Source of the DNA: an uncultured bacterium
Lineage (GTDB): Bacteria > Babelota > Babeliae > Babelales > Babelaceae
Length of the DNA stretch: 64,000 nt
Assembly (NCBI GenBank): GCA_963819815.1
Contig: CAWFXL010000001.1
Location: 256,001 to 320,000, forward strand
Reading direction: 5' to 3'
In this document: piece after piece, positions 17,718 through 28,670 of the stretch
How the letters are laid out: each line of letters begins with the position of its first letter
Position numbering within the stretch: the stretch's first letter is position 1
Translations under genes and position numbers: made by a program
Notes under the pieces: generated by a model
The model's input: only the letters and a program-made list of their open reading frames with translations
Databases searched by the model: none
Told to the model about the DNA's origin: nothing

Positions 17718-19847
17718 TTATTCTGTGCTTGTATCGTTGATATAGGTGCGAATAGCCTTAATGTTACCGCGTATTTTACCAAGGTCAATGTTATCCTCAG
17801 CTACGTCACGAGCAGGTGGCTTTTCCTTGCTCCAAACATCAATGTCTGGAATATCAAGTCCATGCTGTGTTCTTTTCGCTTGAGGGATTTTTCCCTTAAT
17901 AGATGCGTTATTTCGTTCTGTAGCGTCAAGAATCTTCACGACCTTGTTAAACCAATCTTCTACAAGGTCCTTATATTTCGCCACATTATCCTTCCAATAT
18001 TGAGCAGGTGCTCCTGAAAGCTTTTTACCTTTACCCGGCGCAGTTTTCTTCAATGCCGCTATGATGGCCGGGAGATTCATTTCAGCAAAGTAGAGATGTA
18101 GATGCATTGCAGCTTCTTGATTTTTAACATCTCCATTCAGGAGCTCGTTGTTTAAACGGGTCATAATGTCCTGTAAATCTACTTTAGCTGTCATAGGTTC
18201 TGCATCTGGAGTTCGAGGAGGATAGGTAACCTCGACGTCTTTCTGTTTTTTTGCAGTCTCAAAGAGTTTGCCGAGGCTTCCTATTTCGGCGAGTTTTGCA
18301 ACATCTTCTTTGCTTGGCTCTCCGCTTTTTTTGCCATCTTTTTTCTTATCGTCTTCCTTCTTCTTCTCTTCTTCTTTTTTCTTGTCCTCATCTTTTTTCT
18401 TATCGTCTTTTTTACCTTTGTCCGATTGCTCTGCTGCTGTGGCACCTTTTTCAGGTTTCTCTTTTCTCTCACCCTTAGGCTTAGGAGTACCTTCACCACG
18501 GGTTGGTTTCATTGGAGCAGGTGGTCTTTGCTGAGCCATTTTCTTGTAGAACGGATCAAACTGACCTCCGGTAGGTCTTTGAGAAGGGCGAGCCTGAGGA
18601 ACCGTTATACGCTTTTTAGAGCGTTCATAAACTTTTTTCTCAAGTTCTACTTGAGCTTTCATCTGGGCAAGCTCTTGGGGTTTATTCTTTTCGAGCAATT
18701 GATGAATCTGCGTAAGAAGCTGATCTTTCGTAAATGAAGCTGTCATTCCCGCAAAAAGGCTGTCAAAAGCACGACCAGAAGCGGCTTCTTTTCGAGCTTC
18801 TTTGGCCATCTTTGTACGAAGATAGTCATCAACAGAAGCTCTATTTTTTGTCAGCGAATCGTAAGCACCTTGAATAAGATCAAAGGTACGACGAGCCGCT
18901 TTTATCATTTTCTTACATATTTTTTCATCGCAACCTTCTTTCCTGAGCTGTTTTTCGACAACTTCAGGACTTCTTTGGGCTGCAAGTTCTGTATAGCGTG
19001 CTTTGATTTCTGCATCCGTTGCAGTATAAGGAAGCTCAAGTACTTCATATGGATCATCATAATTGATGACATCAGAACGTTTTCTTGCACTAATTGATGG
19101 CTCATAGGTCTTCAGTGTGTTATGCAGCTTTTCAAGCGTACTATGCAGATTCACCGATTCTTTGCTTCCTAAGAGTTTAACAAGATCGGGTGAACGCAGC
19201 ACATTAAGATAGAAGCTGAGCTGTGCAATCTCATTCTCAATTGAATCGAGCTTTTCAATCATAGATGGCATCGTAATTGCCTTTTGGCGCAAAGATGCAA
19301 GATGGTGACTTAATTCATTAATCATCGTTAAGGTGTCTGCCGGACTCGATACCGCAAAAACTTCAGGTTTTTCAGCCTTGGTTGGAGCTGGTCGCTCAGG
19401 TTGAGGACGAGCGGGTAGCGGTTTTTCCTTGACCTCTTTTTTCTCTGACGGCTTTTGACCATTAGGAGGTTGCTGCTCCATAAGGCCTTCAGTTTCCATG
19501 AACTTCATCACGTCATCGAGGTTATTAGGATCGAGATCCTGTTGACGCATACGCTCTTCAGTAGCTTTTCCTATTTCTTCAAGTTCCTGTTTTTGCGCAG
19601 GAGTAAGATTATTTAAAGCATCAAAGAACTGACGAAGCTCTTCAGCCTCTTTAGGATCGAGGTTGAGCGCTTTCAGTTCTTCATCACTTATCTGGAAATT
19701 TGGTGCATCTGGTGCTTTTATAGGTTCTGCAAGTTGTCCTTTTTGCATAGGTGCTTCAGGTTGTGGTCCTTTTTGCGCTGACCAGAGGTTTCCTGATCCT
19801 AGAAGGCCGATACATACGCTAAGTAAATAAATAAACTTTTTCATCAT
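17718..19847 (-). CDS. Large exported protein with degenerate J-domain and K/D/E-rich region
   Basis: Signal peptide MMKKFIYLL; DPYEVLELPYTATDAEIKARYTELAAQRSPE...F.LIQGAYDSL. Confidence 0.75.
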   Translation of the reverse strand: MMKKFIYLLSVCIGLLGSGNLWSAQKGPQPEAPMQKGQLAEPIKAPDAPNFQISDEELKALNLDPKEAEELRQFFDALNNLTPAQKQELEEIGKATEERMRQQDLDPNNLDDVMKFMETEGLMEQQPPNGQKPSEKKEVKEKPLPARPQPERPAPTKAEKPEVFAVSSPADTLTMINELSHHLASLRQKAITMPSMIEKLDSIENEIAQLSFYLNVLRSPDLVKLLGSKESVNLHSTLEKLHNTLKTYEPSISARKRSDVINYDDPYEVLELPYTATDAEIKARYTELAAQRSPEVVEKQLRKEGCDEKICKKMIKAARRTFDLIQGAYDSLTKNRASVDDYLRTKMAKEARKEAASGRAFDSLFAGMTASFTKDQLLTQIHQLLEKNKPQELAQMKAQVELEKKVYERSKKRITVPQARPSQRPTGGQFDPFYKKMAQQRPPAPMKPTRGEGTPKPKGERKEKPEKGATAAEQSDKGKKDDKKKDEDKKKEEEKKKEDDKKKDGKKSGEPSKEDVAKLAEIGSLGKLFETAKKQKDVEVTYPPRTPDAEPMTAKVDLQDIMTRLNNELLNGDVKNQEAAMHLHLYFAEMNLPAIIAALKKTAPGKGKKLSGAPAQYWKDNVAKYKDLVEDWFNKVVKILDATERNNASIKGKIPQAKRTQHGLDIPDIDVWSKEKPPARDVAEDNIDLGKIRGNIKAIRTYINDTSTE

Positions 19848-20069
19848 TAACTCCAAGGTAATTACTGAGATGCTCCTCATCTTCAAGTATATACTATCAA
19901 ATGTAGTTCTGTCTTGAGGTGGCATGTCGCTTCATATTGAATTATTTTTTAAAATTATATTTCTATTAAAATTCTACCAGATATGGACTTTAAAGTCAAT
20001 GGCTATCTTGGAGGGCTTAACGAACAGGTGTATACTAGAGGATGGCTCACCCCATAAAGGATTTTCTCC

Positions 20070-20471
20070 ATGACCAAAAGTAGGAGTATGACCGGTGGCG
20101 GTGGTTTTCTTCTCTTAGAAGCATTAGTGGGACTGGCTCTTCTTATGCTGGTAAGCTCTTTATTCTTTGCCTATCAGTCATACACAGTCCATCAGTACCA
20201 TACTATACGGGAACAAATTCAGGCGCTGTATATCGCATGCAGTATTTTAGAACAGTGCAAGCTCAGGCAAGCTCCCGTATATCCCCAGGCTGCATGGCAG
20301 GCTCATATTTTGGAGCAGAAGGATCCGGTGCTTCCATTGGTCTATCTATCAGTGTCCCTTTGTAAAAAATGTTCCCCTAAGAAAGACAAGAGACCATGTA
20401 AGGGGGGGGGGCGCCAGACCGTGCCCACTGAAAAACCACTAGTGACCCTCAAAACGGCTTATATCCTATGA
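20070..20471 (+). CDS. Prepilin-type (type IV pilin/pseudopilin-like) protein
   Basis: G|FLLLE N-methylation motif plus hydrophobic helix. Confidence 0.7.
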   Translation: MTKSRSMTGGGGFLLLEALVGLALLMLVSSLFFAYQSYTVHQYHTIREQIQALYIACSILEQCKLRQAPVYPQAAWQAHILEQKDPVLPLVYLSVSLCKKCSPKKDKRPCKGGGRQTVPTEKPLVTLKTAYIL

Positions 20472-20944
20472 CAGAAGCTCCTGGAACAACCCTCATAGAA
20501 GTGCTCCTTTACCTCATGCTCAGCAGTATGGTACTGGTAGGTACGATGAGCATAGTCATGCATCTGTATAGCTTTATAACAGAGCATATACGACGCGAAG
20601 ATGAGCTTATGCAGCTCGCCAGTGGACTTGCCTGTTTACGGCATGATATTCATGAGTTTTCATCCTTGAAAGAGTATCGGGCACATCGACTTATAGGTAC
20701 TCTTAAGGGCAGAGATTGCATGTGGTGGGTCAAAAAGAAAAGACTCATACGGTCCTATGGTACGTATGATCAGCAGAAAAGAATGTTTTATCCCCACTCA
20801 CATAGTTTGATTGCTGCGTCAGTGAGCTCCCTTTCCTGCACCTATTCTGTGCACAATGGTGTGGTAGTCGGGGTAACCTGCACTCTTTTGAGTCCACACC
20901 ATGAACTGTCCCTCTCTGTAGCCCTGGAAAAGAGCCATGAATAG
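20468..20944 (+). CDS. Prepilin-type (minor pilin/pseudopilin-like) protein
   Basis: G|TTLIE motif plus hydrophobic helix; ATGA overlap with the previous gene. Confidence 0.7.
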   Translation: MTEAPGTTLIEVLLYLMLSSMVLVGTMSIVMHLYSFITEHIRREDELMQLASGLACLRHDIHEFSSLKEYRAHRLIGTLKGRDCMWWVKKKRLIRSYGTYDQQKRMFYPHSHSLIAASVSSLSCTYSVHNGVVVGVTCTLLSPHHELSLSVALEKSHE

Positions 20945-21230
20945 CTACGTACTACTAACTGCTCTTATGATATGCCTTACCTGGATGACTTCTGTGATGG
21001 AGCATCAGCAGTATCATAGATTAACAGCCTTTGCCTTACGTAAAACTACTGAGGATGAGTATCTGCGTGAAGGTCTTAGGGCATATGGCCTTGCCTACTA
21101 CCAGCGCTACCAGAAGTCTTTATCATTACCTATAACCATTTCAGCACCAGCATGTTTAACGAGGGGCGAAGATATAGGTATTCTCTTGAAAAAGGAATGG
21201 GGGGTAGTACTCATTGAGCTCTCTCTGTGA
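20937..21230 (+). CDS. Hypothetical membrane-anchored protein (possibly PilX/ComGG-like)
   Basis: N-terminal hydrophobic helix; overlaps the pilin-like gene. Confidence 0.5.
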   Translation: MNSYVLLTALMICLTWMTSVMEHQQYHRLTAFALRKTTEDEYLREGLRAYGLAYYQRYQKSLSLPITISAPACLTRGEDIGILLKKEWGVVLIELSL

Positions 21231-21438
21231 TCTTTTAGAAAGATGTAACCAGTCCTTAGGTGACTTTCGAGGGTACGCCTATAATTTGACACCATGTGAT
21301 CATCAAGGGTTTGATTGATTGCGGCTGAATTAATAACTTTTCTCGTTTTATAATTTTCAAATTGAAATTGACTTTCGGTGAGTTTTGCACTACCTTAAAT
21401 GTGCTACAACGTCACAAGAAAGAATAATATAACTCGCT

Positions 21439-23694
21439 ATGAGGTTTGTCATGATAAGAGTATTTATTAGTGGTCTGTGTGCGCTCAGTTTAGTAAGCAC
21501 CACGCTCGCAATGAACCTGCAAAAAGATTTGGATCAAAAGGTTGATTTATCATCGAGCGTGATTGATCTTCTTGCACCTAAGAAGGGCGACTATGGTCTG
21601 CTTGAACCAAATGAAGTGCATCGGAGCATACAAGCGCATAGGTTGCTTTTGGAAGCTGGTTTATGCTCAAAAGACTCTGTTACCTGGTACGCCATTGCAG
21701 ATGAATACCGCCAGCTTTATGACAATCATGAAGCACTTTCTTTTGCGCAAAATATATGTACCTTATTGGCTGAACAGGAAGGCCTTCCCCATGATATACG
21801 GGCATTGAGTGCATTAAGGCTTTCAAAAATGATGCATAAAAATGGCCTATCAGAAGAAGCTTTCAGATGGGCCGCGCGTGCAGAGGAATTGGGCCGAACA
21901 GTTTCATCATATGGTCAAATACTCTGCTTTCTTGGAGATCTTTGTTGTTATAGTGGCGATCAAATTCAGCAAGGATGGGAGTGGTATCTCAAGGCACGAA
22001 AGTGGGCCACTGATAGTAATAATAAAAGGATCCTTGCGCAAGCCCTTATTGGTCTTGGTAATGCGCACTATCCAATCGATCATCCGATCGAGCCCTCGTG
22101 TCTTTCACATTTGAAAGATCTTACATTACTTGGTGACGGATGCAGAAATCATGATGACCTTCTGAGATGTTATCGGTATGCAGAAGATCTCAAAGCGCGT
22201 GGTCATGGAGATACTGGATGGGATGATTATCGGCGCTATCGAAACGATTTAGAAATGGACCTTAAGAAACATGATGAAGTGCTTGTTTGGTACTGGTATG
22301 CAGAAGCTCTTAAAACTCTTGGTCATGGTGATAGCGGCGGTGATATATATCGGAAGTATCAACATGAGAAAGATGAGGCTTTGCGTCAAATGGCCGATGA
22401 AATGTTACGTGGTTCCCAACTATGTATAAGACTTGGTGAGAAAGATGAGGCTTTGCGCCGAATAGCCGATGGAATCTTGCGTGGTTCCCGTAATGAAATA
22501 GATGGTCAACTACATATAAGACAGGAGCAGCTCCGTGCGAGATATTCTGAAGATGACAGGCATGTTTATTATATGCTAGATAAAAACGAGAATAGTGATC
22601 TCCAAGCAGAAGCTCTTATCGGATGGGGTATTGCAAGAAATCCACTCGGTTATAATTGTTGCTGGTACTTTGAAAAGGCTCTCAGCATTTTGGGTACCAC
22701 AGGCAATAGAGAGCTACGCGCCCGAGCTCTTATAGGTCTTGCGGTAATGCCATCAACGTCTGCATCAAAAAGGATGAGCTGGTATGTCGAAGCATTCAAT
22801 GTATTAGGTATACATGGAGACAGAAACTTACGAGCTCAACTCTGTATTGCTCTTGGCAAGACCGGATATACCGATAATCTACATTCCTCAAAGATTGCAT
22901 GGTATCTTGAAGCATATACTCTTCTTGCTGCGTATGGTAATAAAAACCTTCGAGCCGAGGCGCGTATTCTCCTTGGAAATGAAGGGCATGCAGATGCCAC
23001 TCATATAACTAAGGTCGACTGGTACCGAGAAGCCGCTGGCCTACTTGGCAAGGATGGTGATGCAGAATTACAAGCGGAAGCTTTTGTTGGTCTTGGCGAT
23101 TCTCGCTATACCGATGCTACTCATCAAGACGCTGCTCAGTGGTATCTAGATGCTCTCTCTGTTAAAACTGGTGATAGCGATAACGAAAAAATTCTGAAAG
23201 CGCGAGCATGTCTTGGGCTTGGCAGAGCACACTACACCGATAGTCATGTTAAGTTGGTTGGCAATGCTTGCTGGTATCTTCGTGCACTTCACTATCTTGA
23301 AAGTATACCTAACGTCGCGTTATTGCTCGCAGAGGCCTTTATTGGTGTTGGTGATACTGGGTATACTGATTATAAAGCTTCATATTATTTCGACCCCATA
23401 CATAGAACTGTGGACTATTGGTATCTCCGTGCGCTTGATTTCAATTCTAGAAATGGCGATAGCACTCTACAAGCTCGAGCTCTTTTCGGACTTGGTAACT
23501 ATTATTGCTCTCAAAAAAATAATTCGCGAGGATTGGACTGTCTTCAGAAAGCATTAGCGGGTGCTCCAGAGGATATGAAAATGAGTATCCATGAAAAAAT
23601 AAAAGCTGTTCAGGATCTCATGAGAGCATCACATGAAGAAACCAGTAAGGCTACACGCAGTTTTGACAGGGAAGTACTCACGTATGAGGAATAA
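21439..23694 (+). CDS. Exported TPR-like alpha-solenoid repeat protein
   Basis: Signal peptide; repeated L(R/Q)A.A.IGLG...Y.D......WY..AL units. Confidence 0.75.
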   Translation: MRFVMIRVFISGLCALSLVSTTLAMNLQKDLDQKVDLSSSVIDLLAPKKGDYGLLEPNEVHRSIQAHRLLLEAGLCSKDSVTWYAIADEYRQLYDNHEALSFAQNICTLLAEQEGLPHDIRALSALRLSKMMHKNGLSEEAFRWAARAEELGRTVSSYGQILCFLGDLCCYSGDQIQQGWEWYLKARKWATDSNNKRILAQALIGLGNAHYPIDHPIEPSCLSHLKDLTLLGDGCRNHDDLLRCYRYAEDLKARGHGDTGWDDYRRYRNDLEMDLKKHDEVLVWYWYAEALKTLGHGDSGGDIYRKYQHEKDEALRQMADEMLRGSQLCIRLGEKDEALRRIADGILRGSRNEIDGQLHIRQEQLRARYSEDDRHVYYMLDKNENSDLQAEALIGWGIARNPLGYNCCWYFEKALSILGTTGNRELRARALIGLAVMPSTSASKRMSWYVEAFNVLGIHGDRNLRAQLCIALGKTGYTDNLHSSKIAWYLEAYTLLAAYGNKNLRAEARILLGNEGHADATHITKVDWYREAAGLLGKDGDAELQAEAFVGLGDSRYTDATHQDAAQWYLDALSVKTGDSDNEKILKARACLGLGRAHYTDSHVKLVGNACWYLRALHYLESIPNVALLLAEAFIGVGDTGYTDYKASYYFDPIHRTVDYWYLRALDFNSRNGDSTLQARALFGLGNYYCSQKNNSRGLDCLQKALAGAPEDMKMSIHEKIKAVQDLMRASHEETSKATRSFDREVLTYEE

Positions 23695-23719
23695 TGATAG
23701 GTAATGCACTATACAGGTG

Positions 23720-23757
23720 GTAGGTTTGGAATGCCCAGCAGAGCGCTCCAAACCTAC
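23720..23757. terminator. Hairpin between convergent genes
   Basis: gtaggtttgga ... tccaaacctac. Confidence 0.55.
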
Positions 23758-23775
23758 TCAATTCAACTATGCAGC

Positions 23776-24316
23776 TTATAGACAGTTTTGAAGGTATAAC
23801 GTTTGCACCGTAAATGTACCACTACTCGTCATATTTCCTGGTATGAAATTTGGGCTATTATAATCAACAAATTTCCCAACTCCCATGAGTGTGGCACTGC
23901 ATTGCGGGCCAAAGCAAATTGTTCCGGTAAGTACTTCGAATTTAAGTGTTGAGGCTCCCAGACTGCCAATAACGCAGAAGCTGAGGCAATCCTGACTTGC
24001 GGATCTCCAAGTTCCGAAGTAGGCGTACTTGCCAACATTCACAAATACCGTTCCATCTTCTTCAAATTGAAGTATAAATTCATATTGAGTGGTGTCAGTG
24101 CTACGAACAAATGCCCCAGTGTAAACTTTCCCAAAACATTCATCATCGCATCTACTGCATCTATAGTGCGCCTGAATCATCGCATCTACTATTGCAGCCT
24201 GAATCATCGCATCTACTGCAGCTTGTATAATCGTATTTACGTGAGCAATCTGTACTGGTAGGTAATGCTCCTAAAAGAAGAGCCAGAGTTACTAATTTAG
24301 TAAATGTATTCATCAT
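23776..24316 (-). CDS. Exported Cys-rich protein with SRCDD repeats (frameshift near 24170)
   Basis: AAGGA RBS + MMNTFTKLVTLALLLG signal; frame continues as HYRCSRCDDECFGKVY after a shift. Confidence 0.65.
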
Positions 24317-24539
24317 GAATTCCTTTTTTTAGCGAAATGCCTTATGGTAATGGCATTCGCACATTTGTGTTTAATAAATAATAATCATTTTTATAGGAAA
24401 AAGTGAGCGTATGAGTGCGTAACCTCCCCGTTTGTAGGTGAATAGTCTATTCTGCAGTAGCAAGCATACTAACAAGCATTTTCTAATTTCAAGAGTTTTA
24501 GGTGAATATGTCATACACCTATCTCACGCAGACAGAAAA

Positions 24540-24580
24540 GAGACTCATCAAAGCACCATTCAGGAGCTTTAATGAGTCTC
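24540..24580 (-). terminator. Terminator after nrdB
   Basis: gagactcat..aaagc / gcttt..atgagtctc, then T run on the minus strand. Confidence 0.6.
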
Positions 24581-24597
24581 AATACTAGATTGACAGA

Positions 24598-25607
24598 TTA
24601 TTTGTCCCAATCAAGAGACCCTGCAGTTTGATATTCAGTAACACGCGTTTCAAAGAAGTTCTTTTCTTTGGTTAAATCGGTTGATTGTGACATCCAAGGG
24701 AATGGATTGTTTTTACCATATAGTTTTGGCAAATCGATTCGTTCAAGACGGCGATCAGCAATATATTCTACATAATCACAGAACTGTTGTGCATTAATAC
24801 CGAGCATCCCTTGAGGACAGGCATCAAATGCATAGGTCTTTTCAAGAATGACCGACTTTCTTATTAGCTCAACAATCTCATCTTTAAATTCTGGAGTCCA
24901 TACTTCTGGATTTTCTTCTTTGATCGTATTGATAAGATCGCAACCAAATGCTAAATGGAGGCTTTCGTCGCGCATGATATATTCAAATTGCTCACCAATG
25001 CCAATCATTTTATCTTGACGTTTAAGTGCAAGCATCATGGCAAAGCCAGCATAGAAGAATATTCCTTCCATGATCACATAAAACCCAATCAGATCATGCA
25101 AAAAGCGTTGAATGTTTTCTGGCCCAACGGTGCTAAAGTTCGGATCAAAAATAGATTTAGTAAGGTCAACTACAAAATCATCTTTTTCTTTGATGGATGG
25201 AATCGTATTATACATGTTAAAAATTTCATCAGGATTAAGTCCCAATGAATCACAACAATAGATAAACGTATCGGTATGTACTGCTTCTTCATATGCTTGA
25301 CGCAAGAGATACTGGCGACATTCAGGATTGGTCACATGTCGGTATACAGTAAGCACTAGATTATTTGCCGTTAGTGATTCTGCCGTTGCAAAAAATCCAA
25401 GATTCCAGAGAATCAGTCGTCGTTCAGTTTCTGATAAGACATGTGGTGATTTCCATTGCTCAACATCTTTCTGCATCGAGATTTCTTCAGGGGTCCAGTT
25501 ATTAGCAACTCCATCTTTATAATGCTGACGTGCCCACAGATAGCGCATGGGTAAAATTTTATTAGGATCTACCGTAGAATTATTAATAATTCCTTTATTT
25601 TTGCCAT
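24598..25607 (-). CDS. nrdB: Ribonucleotide reductase small subunit, class Ic (R2c)-type
   Basis: W.PEEI.M.KD, FFATAES, EEAVH, EGIFFY, RDESLH, EKNFFETRVTEY; own RBS+ATG at 25607 needs one extra A. Confidence 0.92.
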
Positions 25608-25621
25608 GAGGTTCCTTTATA

Positions 25622-28219
25622 TTATTGACAGTTTCACATTCTGGATCGATGAGTGAGCATGCTTTTGGTAATTCAAAAGAAGTGTCACTTTCCATCGACG
25701 TTAATGAAGCACCCATGTAGGTATTTTTAGCAATTTCTTCAGTTGCACGCGCTTGCGCAGTAGCTTCTACAGCTTCTTGAGTGGCTCCGTATTCACGTTT
25801 TTGAGTAAACCCAAATTTCTTCGCATCAAGCGTTGATTTTTCAATCTGGCTTGCACCCAAGGTACGCAAGTAGTACGTAGTTTTTAGGCCAAGCTTCCAT
25901 GCTGTCATATAAATATCATGCAGCTTCTTACCCGAAACACCTTTCATAAAGACATTATGCGATTGACTTTGATCAATCCATTTACCACGCGCAGCGGTAA
26001 TCTTTAACAGCCACATAGGATCGATTTCAAATGCCTCTTTATATTTCGCCTTAATCTCGTCAGGGATAGAGCTAATCATATGCACTTGCCATCATAATAT
26101 TTAAGCTGTTCAAGCATATCTGAGTTCCACAAACCAAGCTTTTTTAGATCTTGAACTAAATAGCTATTAACCACGGTAAATTCACCGCTCATATTTGCTT
26201 TTACATAGATATTTTTGTAAATCGGCTCGATGCACGGAACAGTTCCAGCAATCGTTGAAATCGTTGCAGTTGGGGCAATTGCCATGAAATTAGAATTGCG
26301 CATGCCATACTGCTTAACCATAGTACGTACGGGAGTCCAATCAAGCACCCCATCTTGAGGAGCTGATGGATCAAGTTTCATGCCACGTTCTTGTTCAAGT
26401 AAAGCAACGGTATCTTGCGGAAATAATCCACGATCCCATTTAGAACCTTTATAGGACTCATAGGCTCCACGCTCTTTTGCTAACTCTGATGAAGTGCGAA
26501 TCGCATAATAGGCGATCTTTTCCATCGTTTGATCAGCAAACTCAAGTGCTTTTTCAGAACCGAATGCAATATCAACTTATAAAAAGCATCTTGCAATCCC
26601 ATAATGCCAAGCCCAACAGGGCGATGGCGTTTGTTGGCATTTTCTGCTTCTTTAATGGGATAGAAGTTAATATCAATCACATTATCAAGCATGCGAACAG
26701 CAGATTTTACCGTCTTTGCAAGTAGTTGTTCATTCAACTTCTTGTTGTCGATCATGCGTGAGAGGTTGATTGAACCTAAATTACAGACAGCCGTTTCTTC
26801 AGCAGAGGTATTGAGGGTAATTTCGGTGCAGAGGTTTGAGCTGTGAATCACCCCTACATGATCTTGCGGAGAACGAATATTACACGGATCTTTAAACGTA
26901 ATCCATGGATGGCCCGTTTCAAATAAACGACTTAACATTTTACGCCAAAGCTGTGTCGCGGGAACAACTTTAAAAATGTGTATTTGACCTTGTTGTGCTT
27001 TTTTCTCATAAGCGATATACCGAGCTTCGAAATCTTTTCCATACATATGATGCAATTCAGGCACTTCATCTGGTGAAAAGAAGGTCCAATCTTCATCTGC
27101 AAGCACACGCTTCATAAACAGATCAGGAATCCAATTTGCGGTATTAATATCATGCGTTCGGCGCCGTTCATCACCCGTATTTTTACGTAGATCAAGAAAA
27201 TCTTCGATATCCAAGTGCCATGTTTCAAGATACACTACCGTGGCTGCACGCCGTTTACCGCTACGATTAATAGCTGCAGTGACCGCATTATTGATTTTTA
27301 AGAATGGAATTACCCCTTGGCTTTCTGTTTTGATACTCTTAATAACTGACCCGACTGCACGAATATTGGTCCAGTCATTAGCAACACCACCAGACCATTT
27401 AGAAAGTTGTGCATTATCTCCTAAGCATTTAAAAATATGCGTTAAATCATCTTCTACCGTTGTTAAAAAGCATGAGCTTAATTGAGGACACCCAAGACCT
27501 GCATGGAGCAAGGTTGGTGTACTTGGTACATAGTGCAGCTGAGACATGACCTCATAAAATTCTAAAGCGCGCTCATTTTTATGGGGCTCATTATAGGCTA
27601 AGCCCATAGCTACGCGCATCCAAAAAGTCTGAGGAAGTTCTATACGGGTCGATTCCTGTTTCACAAAATAGCGTTCATAAAGTGTTTTGAGTCCCATATA
27701 GTCAAGAAGAAGATCGCGCTCAGGATGGATTTGCTGAGCAAGATACTCAAGATCAAATTCACTCATCCTTGCATCATAGATCTCTGCGGCAATACCCTGT
27801 TGGATGGCATGTACAAATGACTTTTGATAGATCGCTTCAAAGCCCGTAGCAAGCACCGATTGTTTGGTGACTTCTTTAAAGAGCTTTTTAAAGAGAAGTC
27901 GAGAGGCCGCTAAACCATAGGCTGGATCCTGCTCGATAAATGAGCTCGTTGACAGGATTAATGCTTCAGCAATTTCTTGGTGGTTTACCCCATCAAAAAT
28001 ATTCCGTAACGTTTCATCGAGTATACTTTGAGCATCAATGCTCTGCTCATACTGCGTTGAGGCCCAGGCAATAGTACGCATAATGCGCTCTTGCTCGAGT
28101 GGTTTTCTTGAGCCATCTGCTGCGGTAATCGTTAAAACTGGATCAAGTGATTCTTGATATGGTTGCTCATTAAATTCGTGAGCACCTGGGATGCGCATCG
28201 CGCCGCGTACTTGTTCCAT
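25622..28219 (-). CDS. nrdA: Ribonucleotide reductase large subunit (apparent frameshifts near 26572, 26087, 25632)
   Basis: N-terminal ATP-cone-like region, [40 protein letters not shown]-terminal [10 protein letters not shown]. Confidence 0.93.
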
Positions 28220-28670
28220 AATATCCTTTCATTCTGCCATTCCACTAACTGTCCTCATACCGCACAAAAAAAGCAAATACTCCTCTCTCTACTCGTAGTT
28301 TTTTTATCCTCCAGATACTTTTCTTTTTTTTACTTGAATATAATGAATGGCACGGACTTTCATCACCACAGGAACAATTTATTAAGTCCCACAGTTTTGC
28401 CGACATCGTATTCCTAATGTACCCCTTTCATACCCCGTAAGCAACCAGTTTTTTAATCTTTTTTCCTTGAAAAAATAAGGAACTTGAACTTTCGTTTTCT
28501 TGCGTACACATGGAGGTTCTCGTGCTCTTTGGTGCGAGAGATTCTCCTTTTAGGCATGTATAAAAAGTCATCGGTCTCTTTAGGAAGATGAAGATAGCAT
28601 CACCTGAAGCTCAAGAGTACTCTGAGCATAGACATTGGACTTTGCTTGCTCTGATGCGATAGGAGGCGTG

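Noticed and set aside
24598..26085. Apparent NrdA C-terminus-NrdB fusion ORF
   Set aside because: Adding one base restores ECE.CQ-stop for NrdA, and one more restores RBS-MAKNKG for NrdB; consistent with the indel errors seen elsewhere
28220..28670. NrdR boxes or riboswitch upstream of nrdA; hairpin at 28511-28550
   Set aside because: No convincing consensus match; the hairpin has no supportable promoter
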